Assembly: GCA_951406725.2 (NCBI GenBank) | Contig: OX597815.1 | Span: 190,464,001-190,528,000, forward strand | DNA length: 64,000 bases | Reading direction: 5' to 3' | DNA from: Octopus vulgaris | Taxonomy: Eukaryota | In this document: in pieces, positions 52,140-64,000 of the stretch | Layout: every line of letters begins with the position of its first letter | Numbering within the stretch: the stretch's first letter is position 1 | Notes under the pieces: model-generated | Database searches by the model: none | What the model saw: the letters and a program-made list of their open reading frames with translations, nothing else | Told to the model about the DNA's origin: nothing | Translations under genes and position numbers: made by a program

Positions 52140-52814
52140 CATATCATTTAATGTACACTGTATCAAAATAAAAGCTACTAGTAGTTGCTTGCCATTAAGA
52201 CACATGGTTAGGCAGGTTTTTATAACATGTCATGTACCTCAAAGCAATCTTCAGGTTCTTTTCCAATACAGTATTCATTGAATGATATTTGTCTCTTGCT
52301 AGGTAGAGTACCTTTTTGTTGATCTTACTTTAACAGAACAGTAAACTATCTATCTATCTAAAATCAAAATAAGCAACAAGGATATCCAGAGGTAATGCAG
52401 TATGACCGTTTCATGCAACTCCATTTAATTGAATGATGCGATCATTATATCAGTTAAAAAATGTAGAGAAATCTTCAGCTGCACAAAGACAGAATTTAAT
52501 TAAATTAGAACAGATGGACACATTAGTATAATTATACCTAGAATCTTGAATAAGTTAAAGAGATAGACAAAGAAAATATCTATCTATCTATCTACCTACC
52601 TACCTACCTATCTACCTACCTATCTATCAATCAATCAATCTATCTATTTATCTATCCATCAATCCATCCATCTATCCATATATCTATTTATATTTGGATA
52701 TACACATTGAAGTATCTTATTTATAGGTCATCCACAATTTTTGGCAACCTGATACCATCAACAGTCTGGAGATATACCACTGGATTTACTTTATATATAC
52801 AAATTTATATACAT

Positions 52815-53118
52815 ACCATGCCAGTGACACATAGAAGACACCCATGGTGGTGACATATTAAAGGCAATTATACCAGTGACATGTTAAAGGCACCAATACC
52901 AGTGACACATTACAGGCAGCTGGTATATTCTGTTGAATGGTTGGCATTAAGAAAGACATCTAGCTGTAGAAAACAAGCCAAAACAGAATGGAACCTGGTG
53001 CCGCTCTCTCCAGCTACACCAGTTCAGGTCATACCGTCTAACCCATGCCAGCATAGAAAATGAATGATAAATCATGATGATGATATATATATACATATAT
53101 TGATAGAAATGGTAAGAC

Positions 53119-53175
<57 letters not shown>

Positions 53176-53193
53176 TTTATAAAGCTTAACACT

Positions 53194-53252
<59 letters not shown>

Positions 53253-53500
53253 TGTAAAAAGCACCATTCGAGCATGGTCGTTGCCAGTGCTGCCTGACTG
53301 GCTCTTGTGCTGGTGGCATGTAAAAAGCATCCACTACACTCTCGGAGTGGTTGGCATAAGGAAGGGCATCCAGCTGTAGAAATATGCCAGATCAGATTGG
53401 AACCAGGTACAGCCTTGTGGCTTGCTAGCCCTCAGTCAAACCGTCCAACCCATCTCAGCATAGAAAGAGGATGTTAAACGATGATGGAAATGATGAGGAT
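52815..53500 (+). mobile_element. Two family C RTE tails (52815-53080, 53251-53500) separated by microsatellites
   Basis: ggttggcat(t/a)a(a/g)gaa..catc..gctgtagaaa...aacccat..cagcatagaaa. Confidence 0.78.
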
Positions 53501-53989
53501 GATATATATATATATTGCAATGGCTATTGTTCACATGTCAAGTGATGCAATCATTATTTAGTGTTAGCGAATAAGAGTGTCATACTTTCTCATTATGTCA
53601 ACAGTTTCTCTGACGGCACAGTTTATCACCTGTCTTTCTTCATCTTTAGTCACAACCAGACTTGATTCACAGGAAAAGCAAACTAAGTACATATGTACTT
53701 TCTGATGGATATATAATCTCTTTCAAGTGAATGAGTAACACTGTTGAATGGTGACAATTATCTAGCAGTTATTGTCTAAAATATAGAAGTTTTCTAAAGA
53801 CAACAGAGTCTCAGAATGCAGACTCATTAGAATATGTTTATGCCATTAGATCTTGTCTACTGGTTATTTGTTTTTGCAAACAATTTTTTGACTTACATAA
53901 AATACATAATCTTACTAAATCCTCTCACAAAAATCAAAATTATTAATACATATGGTAAATAATTCTTCCAGATTAAATATATAATATCA

Positions 53990-54312
53990 CCATCGAAATA
54001 CAGGACCAGATACTGCAACAGCTTGGGTTTCAGGGGACCACAGCTCTTTAATATCCTTCCTAAATGCCTGAGAGACCTGCATGGTGTGGATGTGGGTTTC
54101 TTTAAAACTAAACTGGATCTCTTCTTGGCAGGGGTTCTGGATGAACCTAGCTCTCAGCAGGAAACACAGATGTGGGCAGCGGTGTCGAACTCCCTTGTTG
54201 ATCAGGTGCCACGTATCAGAGGTGGTTTCACATACTAGTGTAGCTTGTTCAACGGTGGTGCCCCAGCAAGGCCGAAGCCTTCGGGCTGAAACATTTTTAA
54301 GGATTTAAGGAT
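53990..54312 (+). mobile_element. 5'-truncated LINE 3' end (CR1/L2/jockey group, clade uncertain)
   Basis: NSLGFRGPQLFNILPKCLRDL..FKTKLDLFLAGVLDEP..AAVSNSLVDQ*; short UTR with stem-loop and ttaaggat repeats. Confidence 0.8.
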
Positions 54313-55513
54313 AGTAATAAATCATAACGATATTGAGGATAACATGCATGAACTCAAATAAACAAAACCCTAAATAAACCAACCACCAATGACATAGTTA
54401 AACCTGATGTTCTAAAGCTTAAAGTGTAATTCCAATTACTGTGAATGAAATTTGGTTATGGACACAGATCAGGATAATAAAGATATAGAACTTTGTTTCT
54501 GCATTTTGTTAATCTGGTCCTGAATTATCTAACATTCAACAACTTCTTTTAGATGGTCATTGATTCTCAGTCCTTCTTTGTTTCAGAAATTAGAATTTGG
54601 AAATTCAGTAGCTTAGAATACTGGTGACAAGGCAAGAGATGAGCATCAAGTAATCACTGGAACATTACATTGAAAAACGAAATTACACAGAAATCTTTCT
54701 TCTTTTAGCAACACACTAACATTATCCATTCTTGTGACTTTTGTGAACTGATTTTTACTGATACATACCCGAGTTAGTTTCCTCAGATTCTTGAGTTTAA
54801 ATAAGAAAAACTTTCTTGGTCAGAATATACATACTTCATCAATGAATTACATTGTAAGACAGCATTCTATTTGTCACCGGCAGATTCTCATATCTTACAG
54901 CCATTATTATCAAGACAGGACTGTTAGAGAGATAAATGGATGTGCAATAGGCATGGTAACTCTCACCTCTATGACAATTTGTAGAATCTCCATATGTATT
55001 AGTTTGCCATTTCTCTTACAAAAGAATATGTAAATATATTGCTCTGATCACAAGAACATAATAATTCTTAAATAAGTTTATGCAAAATAATGTCTGCTAT
55101 CTTTTATAGAGCAACATTGTTTATTATATAACTGGGATTGGCTTTCAGATCAAGATATTGTACTATTAAAGACACAAGAACTAAAACTATTCAAAAGTTT
55201 TGTAAAAAAAATATTGGCAAAGTCTGTGGATTGGCAGAATCGTTAAAGCCTCAGCAAAAATGCCTTGCAGTATTTCTTCTGGTTCTTTGTTGTTCTGGCT
55301 CTTGTTCTGAGTTGAAATCCTGCAGAGGTCAATTTCACCTTACATCATGTTGGAGTTGATAAAGTATCAGTTAAGTTCTGGAGGTGATTTGATCATGTGA
55401 CTCACTTCCCACCAACTGTTGGCCTTGTGCCTAAGTTTAAGAAATAATCATGGTGAACGATATTCACTCCTTGAATGTAAAAATTCTTAACTGTTTTCCT
55501 GTGATCTAATAAT

Positions 55514-55930
55514 TTTTCTTTACTACCCACAAGGGGCCAAATACAGAAGGGACAAGCAAGGACAGACAAACGGATTAAGTCGATTACGTCGACCCCAGTG
55601 TGTAACAGGTACTTAATTTATCGACCTTGAAAGGATGAAAGGCAAAGTCGGCCTCGGCGGAATTTGAACCCAGAACATAACAGCAGACGAAATACCTATT
55701 TCTTTACTACCCAAAAGGGTCCAAATACAGAAGGGACAAACAAGGACAGAGAAACGGATTAAGTCGATTATGTCGACCCCAGTGCGTAACTGGTACTTAA
55801 TTTATCAACTCCGAAAGGATGAAAGGCAAAGTCAACCTCGGCAGAATTTGAACCCAGAACATAGTGGCAGACGAAATACCACTAAGCATTTCGTCCGGCA
55901 TGCTAACGATTCTGCCAGCTCACCGCCTTT
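55514..55930 (-). mobile_element. Dimeric SINE-B variant 1 with TSD
   Basis: Junction gacgaaatacctatttctttactaccc; tgtgatctaataat at 55500-55513 and 55933-55946. Confidence 0.9.
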
Positions 55931-57159
55931 CTTGTGATCTAATAATGAAGTGTTTAAGACACTAAGCTAAGATGAAACTATAAAGACAAGAATAAATGGG
56001 GCAGGGGGGAACAAAACAAAAAAAGAAATCAAGGTTACAAACTCAATTCTAGGACAGGCTATAAAAATTGTTTTGTGATGTTAGTGAAGGTGAATTACAC
56101 AAATTTTAGTTTTCTTACCAAGTTTATAAATGAGATTAAGTTATTACAAAACAGAAAAAAAAAAGTATGTGCTGCCTTTAAACAATTGTTGAGAATATTT
56201 TACTGCAGAAGAATTCACTTTATGCCAGTAAGAAAAAATCAATAACGAATAAAAGAAAATAAATCCTCAGAAAAGCAAACGGTTCCTCCACAATCTAGAA
56301 TATGCAGATTAATACACGACATACATCAGTTTAACTTTTCTCATTCTTATTCTATCTTGCAAAACCTCTACGAGAAAGAACGAAGACATATTTTAGGAGT
56401 CTGTTTGTTATGAGACGGTAGTTTTAAATTATAGTTAATAGTATATTCTAAAGAATAAGGTCACCGGGAGTTAGGAAGGGAGAGTGGAGGAGTTGTTTCT
56501 GAAGGAAAATATTGAAAGTGTTATGGATATATAATAATAGAGAATAGTCATTGTGAATCTGGATGTTATAGGTTTATGATGAAATTTGTTAAAAAAAAAT
56601 GTCTTTAAAAAAAATGTAGTCATCTGATCTACATAAAAATGTAAGAATCAAATAGTAAAAAAAAAAAAAAGGTAAAAATTGAAGAAAAGGAGGTAAACAA
56701 CACGTTGAAGGAAAAACAGGAAAATTAGAGCTGTATAATCCATACAAGGAAGAAAATGAAAATATAAAACCTATAATAAAGTTAGCAAGTGAATGTAATG
56801 ATAGTGACAAAGGACAAGATTGTCAACATAATATGTGTTATGAAGTAGAGAATGGAGAAAAGAAATGAGAATCTACTTAAAAAACAATTGCATTGTTTTG
56901 AAATAAAACCCGAGTATAAATAGCTTTGGTAATGCAATTACGTGAAAAACGAGCAACTTGATAAAATATGCTTGGTAAACTGTCAACTGTTAGGATTAAG
57001 AAGTATTATAAAAGAAAGATCACATGTAGTATTTATTAAGGAACATCATTGAAAACATAAAAGAATCAAATCTGACATGGCCAATATTCTTCGTATACAA
57101 CACACTGGCATTAAAGATCTGAACAAGTTCTCTTGTATCAAATTAAAACCTTGTACAAG

Positions 57160-57482
57160 TGTGAGTGAGTGTGTGTGTGAATGAGTGAGTGTGTGCTTGC
57201 ATGTGTATGTGTGTGTATATGCACATGTATATGCATACACATATATACATGTTGCATATATATATATGCACACACACACATAAATATATGTACATACACA
57301 CACACACATATATATATATGCACTAACATATGCAGACACATACAGACCTGCACAGACACACATACACACATATGTATGCACACACATACAGACACAAATA
57401 TACATACGTATATGTACACACATGCAGACACACATATGCACTCATATACAGACACACACACACACATATATATATACATATG

Positions 57483-57513
<31 letters not shown>

Positions 57514-57980
57514 GCATATGCACACACACACACACACACACATATATATGCATATGCACACACATACACACACACACACATATATATATATATATGTACA
57601 CGCATACACACACACACACACATATATGCAAAAACACCCCCCACACACACACACATGTATGTATATATGATTGTACTATACTGTGTTTATTTGTGTTCCT
57701 ATGGATATGGAAAAATTACAAAGCTAGCTTCAGTTTATGTTTCATTTTTATTGTATCTGAGCAAAAAGCATTTAAACCATATACATACATATGCACATCC
57801 ACACCCACACACACACATACATACAAATACATGTATACATACATACGTACATACATACAAACACATGTTTACATACATATATATATATATAAATACACAC
57901 ATATATATATATACATATATTATAGAAACATGTACATACATACATACATACATATATATGTATGTATGTATATGCATGCA
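57160..57980. repeat. Compound (CA)/(TA) microsatellite
   Basis: Directly visible. Confidence 0.92.
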
Positions 57981-58518
57981 ATGATCTTAATCTTGGGTGT
58001 ATTTGATCATATTAGCATATATGGTGTCTAATTCACTCCTAAATCAACCAAGCCTGGAACCATTTTCAAAGGGAAAAGATCAATAACAGATGCTGTTGAA
58101 TACAAGAAATGAAAGTGAAAATTTGTCACCATATTTGCAATGAAGCAATATATTAAACATTTTCCAATATCAAACAGTATTAGAATTCTTAAACATGTTG
58201 TTATTATTATTATCATCATTATTATTATCATTATTCTTATTATTATCATCATTGTTATTATTATTATTATTAGTATTAATATTATTATTATTATTATTAT
58301 TATCATCATCATCATCACTATTGTTGCTATCGTCATCGTCATCATTATTATTACTATTACTATTATTTTGCTGTTTACAGTCGGTCATGAATAATTATAT
58401 TTTTGGAACTATGATTAATGTAAATCTTTCCTTTCCTTTACAAAAAATATGAGCTCTGTATTCAGACTTTCATGCTAGCATATTACAACTTTTCAATGAC
58501 ATGCATATGTGTGTGTGT

Positions 58519-58593
<75 letters not shown>

Positions 58594-61384
58594 TATGTAT
58601 GTACACACACACACAGAGCAAGCTTTGCTATAAAATATGTTTCAATGTCAATTAATTAAATGAATTTGATTTTTAATCTTAGCTTGTAAGGTTGGTTTTT
58701 GTTATCAAAATTTACATTTAGTAATCAACAATAGATTATGTATTTATATGGAAAATGATGTAAGGATGACAAGATAAATATTCTCGTTTATGAAATATTC
58801 ACCTTCGCTATCAAAATTATCATATAATAAAACAGAATTGAAAATCTTACTATTATTGTGACATTTTCAACACCTTTAATTCTAGAAGTATAATTTGTGG
58901 GGATATATAAAAAAAATTCAGTGAAACGTGTTTTTAAAAAATAGATTCAGTTTTAAAAGGATGCTGAGAAAAAAATGATCAGATGATCTCCATAATATAA
59001 CTATAACCTGAAGCTATCTTATCATTATTTTTTTTTTTTTTTTATGTTATACTGAGTTTTCTAGTTAGAAAAAATATATAAATGATAAATTATAAAAAAC
59101 AAAAATTAACAACTAATAAGATTGTAATAGAATAGCAAGCTTGCCAGATAGAGTTACATCCTACATTTTGAATAATGGCTGCTATAGCCTTGTGTCAATG
59201 CTAGCGTTAAAACCATTTATTCACCAACAACAAATGGTGAACAAAATCAAAGAGACAACCAATTCAATTAATCATTCTAACAAATACACACACGCAACAC
59301 ACACAGCACACATGCACACACACACACACAAACACACACATATGTATACATTGTGTGTACATACATATATATCTGTTTGAGCATATGTGTGCGTAAAATA
59401 GAAAATGAGAATTAAGGAAAAATTTCACATACAGAGTTCAAAAAAAAAAACATGATAAAGGCTGTGAAATTTGAGAATTACTAAATCTTTGAATTCAAAC
59501 TAAAATATGAGTAATTTCTGAAAAAACAGAAATATTAAAATTTACATTTTAATCAAGGAATAAGGCTGTAAGAACTTCAGTTTATTTGGTACATTTTGAA
59601 ATATTACAAAATAAAATAAATCTGAAGTTTATCATTCTTTTCTTTCTATTTCATTTTATTATTTATTTTGCTTTTTTCATAACAATAAATTACTTAGAAA
59701 TCAGTTTCTAGAATTTTGTCTTTATCAGCATTTTATGAAATTTCTAGCAGAAATATTCAATAAAAATTAAGAGAGAAAAATAATTTCTGTTGAAATGTAA
59801 ATGCAGTGAATCTGACAATCTATATTCCCTCTCCATTTTATTGATAATTTGATAATTCACAATAGCAAAAAATATTTTCTTTCAATCACATTAACTTGTT
59901 CACAGTCACCATGGTTACATGTAAGTTATAATTTACTATTTGTATATACTATGAAAAAGGTGTTACACTAATAGATGCCCAATATCATCCACAGCTATGT
60001 TTACAGTATATATAACAATATTCAGGGTTTTTTTATTTTTATTTTTTTTTCTCCATAGAAACCTTTTAAAGGAAGTAGAGTAATGGCAATAATAAGATAA
60101 ATTCTACCAGCTCTAAAGGAAGGAAAAAAATTATTAATCAATTCTTGAAATTGCTACATGCTATGTGATAAATTATAGATCATGTGATAAATGATAATGC
60201 ATGTGAGCAATGAACGTTCCTATTGATGATTATACAACACAGAAAACTCCTTAATGCATTGGAACAGAATGAATGGTTAGTTAATTGTCAGTCTCTGCAA
60301 CATTATGAAGAATGGAATGAGCTAATGGAATAAAAAGAGGTCTCTATGAAGTAGAAGTACCAAGGTGATGCTAGTAGAATAGTGCATAAACAGATACGGC
60401 TTTCAAGATGGTTGCCCAATTTATTTGCATAATAAATACAACTCGTATGGAAAACTGAATAAATTTTGTTTAGATTCCATGGGAAATAATGATTTTTATA
60501 AAGCGAAATTATAAAAACATTAATAAAAAAAATTTAGAACCATATAAAATATTAAGGGATATAACATTCAACTCATTTCACCTTTTGGCTTTTACTGTCA
60601 ATTTTCTTATCACCTATAAATTACCAATATTTTAGCACTGCTGAGTAAAGTTAATATGAATTGCACATACAAATTATATTGCTTGGTTATCAGTTTAAGG
60701 TTACTGACAAAGAATATTGATGTTCATTCTGAAAATTGGCAAAGTCAATAATTCAGCCTTTAGATTATTGACTTAGTGTTGCTGACAGAAGCAAAAATAT
60801 GTTGGTCAATATAATCAACAGGAGCTGCATAATGATTAATCTCATGGAAACTATTTAAATAACCATGGTCTAAAGAAAAGATGAGCTAAACGAATAAAGA
60901 GAAAATGTCACATAAATCTTGTATTAGTAGTTTGAGGAAAAGATGAAAAATTCAATCAAAATTTTTGGAAAAAGCAAACAGTATTATATTATATTGTGAG
61001 CTACACAGAGAATTATGTTGAGTAGTTTAAAACAAATGCAATTCTCATAATTCTTAATAATAGTTACAAAAAAAAATTAAAAAAGAAAAAGAAACAAATG
61101 TATTTTTATGAAATTGTAACTCTGTTTAATTTCTTTCATTTCTTTAATACAAATTCAACTATTAAATTTTGGCATATTAATTTTATTTTCCTGAAAACTC
61201 TTAAAATATTTTCTTACAAAGATATTGAAGAAATGAGAATATTTATAGAATGCTGCAACTACTTAAAGTGAGAAAGACCGAACTGATGATGTGTTGTAAA
61301 AACAAAATCTAAAATGATAATATATCATTTCTAAAAATATGGCAACCAAGTGGTGAAAATGCTAAATGTTTGTGAAAGAACTGA

Positions 61385-61615
61385 GGCAGATTGCGTGGAT
61401 ATTATCATCAAATATCTAAGATCATCTTTCTCTTGATCGATATATATAAATCCCAGTTGACAGCAACATATCTTGAGAAGAACTGGAGAGGAAATTAATG
61501 AAATATAAAGATATCAAAAATGTGGAAGCCCGAAAGCAGAAATAATCCTACATAATAATTGGTGCATAAGGCATGATCAGGAAAACCAACAGATAAATAT
61601 GTGACCAAAATCTCA
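61385..61615 (+). pseudogene. Highly degenerate R4/Dong restriction-like endonuclease C-terminal fragment
   Basis: Frameshifted DIIIK..LID..IPVDSNIS..KYKD..SKMW..AEII..IIGA*GMIRK. Confidence 0.5.
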
Positions 61616-61891
61616 ATAGATACAGATTCAAATAATTTACAAATGCTTAGTACCAGGTTAGCCTAGATCAAATAAACCTATGATGGAAGGTATTCCATTT
61701 GTAGTCATTCTCTTCTTTTTTATTGCTTTTCTTTTTTTTTTGGAGAGAAGGGAGTTTTGTTCATAATGGATTTTGGGCTGCATTATCTAATGTATCACTT
61801 CTTCAAGTTACTAGTGTGCAGTATGAGGGAGATTTGGTAGCAATATTTAATAAGGTGGATTTTTCATTGGCTGCCAAGTACATATCATATT

Positions 61892-62311
61892 ACCTATTTC
61901 TTTATTGCCCACAGGGAGCTAAACACAGAGAGGACAAACAAGGACAGACAAACGGATTAAGTCGATTATATTGACCCCAGTGCGTAACTGGTACTTATTT
62001 AATCGACCCCGAAAGGATGAAAAGCAAAGTCGACCTCGGCGGAATTTGAACTCAGAACATAGCAGCAGACAAAATACCTATTTCTTTACTACTCACAAGG
62101 GGCTAAACACAGAGAGGACAAACAAGGACATACAAATGGATTAAGTCGATTTTATTGACCCCAGTGTGTAACTGGTACTTATTTAATCAACCCTGAAAGG
62201 ATGAAAGGCAAAGTCGACCTCAGCGGAATTTGAACTCAGAATGTAACGGCAGATGAAATACTGCTGAGCATTTCGCCCGGCATGCTAATGATTCTGCCAG
62301 CTCGCTGCCTT
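61892..62311 (-). mobile_element. Dimeric SINE-B variant 1 with TSD
   Basis: Same dimer junction; ccaagtacatatcatattacc at 61874-61894 and 62312-62332. Confidence 0.9.
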
Positions 62312-62777
62312 CCAAGTACATATCATATTACCACACTTGAGTCAATGAGGAAGCCTGTATATGATTAATTGACCTGCTTTAATTAGTAGCCAAATCTCTC
62401 TCATATCACACCCCAACATCTTTGAAAAGGGAAGAAGACATGGAATAATGTATTCTAAGATAAATTTAAAACGATAAGATGATCCCTGGTATAATATCTT
62501 TGATCATATAAGCCTGCTTGATCAAAGCTAACAACAGCTGATTATTCTTTAAATCACCCTCTGCCATTTTAAGAAAGGACACATTGCATAATATGGTCCT
62601 TAATGTGCTGTGCAGATGGTGGGGTGGGGTGGGGGAGATAATTAACATCAGGTGTGTTCTTGATAATAGATCTGCTTCATGAGAGTTGATCTGGGGTCAA
62701 ACAACTACAACATCAACTACAACATCAACAACACACATATTGCACTAAGCATAGCAAAAGCTATGCTTAGTGTAATA

Positions 62778-63185
62778 AGTAATACAACACTTCACAAATA
62801 TCTCCTTTGGGTAAAACCACCAATAGAAGAGAACATGACCAAAGAATGCATGTACTCCATCCCATACAGCTGTGGTGTGGTAGGTTATACAAAGCCGAAG
62901 CATGCTGCCCCCATCAAAATAAGGGTAGACGAACATCGAAAAGCTGTGACATGAAGAGATATTGATAAATCGGGTATAGCTGATCAGGTATGGAAAAATG
63001 GAGACTACCTCCCCCTGTGGGATGAAGTTAAGATAATAGACAGAAAACACTGCTGGAAAATACGAAAACTAAAAGAAGCAGCACATATGCTAGGACACAG
63101 CAACCTCCTAAGCAGACCGAGTGCAGATATGAATAGCATATGGGAACTGGTATTAAGGAAGGATAGGAGAATATTAGATTTATAA
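62778..63185 (+). pseudogene. Penelope-like element GIY-YIG endonuclease C-terminal remnant
   Basis: CMYSIP(Y)SCG/RLYKAEAC(C)P/IKIRVDEHRKAV..KSGIADQVW..WDEVKIID..WKIRKLKEA..NLLSR..W, with a local frameshift and an internal stop. Confidence 0.85.
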
Positions 63186-63218
63186 GCCCTAAAATTCACT
63201 CCATAATTGCCGAGGGGA

Positions 63219-63285
63219 ATATAGCGTAGTAGTTAACAGTGCGGGCTACTAACCCCAAAATTCCGAGTTTGATTCCAAGCAGTGA

Positions 63286-63369
<84 letters not shown>

Positions 63370-63740
63370 TAATAATAATAATAATAATGACAATAACAAC
63401 AAACACCTCGAAAATACCATAGGAATGAGAACACACGTTCGAAATTTTCCCAAGAAACCTGAAGAAGGCTGGAGGGTATATTAGCCGAAACATTGTGTCA
63501 ACAACAAACAAGATGAGGACAAATATCTGTTTCTTTAATGCCCACAAGGGGCTAAACATAGAGGGGACAAACAAGGACAGACAAATGGATTAAGTCGATT
63601 ACATCGACCCCAGTGCGTAACTGGTACTTAATTTATCGACCCCAGAATTTGAACTCGAACAGACGCAATACCGCTAAGCATTTCACCCGGTGTGCTAACG
63701 TTTCTGCCAGCTGAGGACAAATATCTGTTGAATGTAAATA
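63219..63740 (+). mobile_element. pLTR family 1 attached to the GIY-YIG remnant; hammerhead remnant 63454-63499; interrupted by SINE-B (63530-63711 minus)
   Basis: tRNA-like head 63219-63288, (aat)n, ctgaaga-aggctg..tagcc-gaaac; TSD tgaggacaaatatctgtt at 63514-63531 and 63712-63729. Confidence 0.85.
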
Positions 63741-64000
63741 ATGTAAATACAAGACACACACACGTATACAAAACAAAACACACCGAGTTAGAGTTAATTG
63801 TGCAGTGAAACAATACATTAAATAAAAGTGGCAGAATAACACTTGTTTCTAACATAAGCACGAGGCCTGAAATTTTGGTGGGAGAGCTTAGTCAATTAAA
63901 ATGACTTCGGTACTTGACTGCTGTCCTATTTCATTGACCCTGAAACAATGAAAAGCAATGTTAACTTTGGCAGAATTTTAACAGTAAAGCAAAGATACCA

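Noticed and set aside
62952-62954. In-frame TGA as selenocysteine, as in some Penelope-like clades
   Set aside because: More simply a CGA-to-TGA decay in a copy that is also frameshifted; no SECIS identified
63219-63288. Functional tRNA gene (also the SINE-A and SINE-B heads)
   Set aside because: A/B boxes are present but there is no complete acceptor/T stem cloverleaf; embedded in repeats

Overview
AT-rich, microsatellite-dense eukaryotic DNA. The SINE, LINE and MITE content points to an octopus (coleoid cephalopod) genome; this is inference from recalled repeat families, not a database result. No complete host gene is recognisable, only a few short candidate exons. Almost all listed ORFs are microsatellite or tandem-repeat artefacts. 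The window is mostly mobile-element debris: two tRNA-headed SINE families (here called A and B) with alternative tails; RTE LINE 3' ends whose UTR carries a 63-bp module (8 near-identical copies at 17.8-18.3 kb); CR1/L2-group and R4/Dong LINE fragments; TTAA piggyBac-type MITEs in tandem arrays; Helentron-like elements; and a foldback Tc1/mariner remnant. The most interesting signal is at least three unrelated families of minimal hammerhead ribozymes. Family 1 (5 copies) lies in the terminal repeat of a Penelope-like element, directly downstream of a GIY-YIG endonuclease remnant. It is preceded by a tRNA-like A/B-box head and an (AAT)n tract, making it a candidate Pol III-driven, self-cleaving, Penelope-mobilised unit. 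Coordinates were counted by eye; element ends are approximate.
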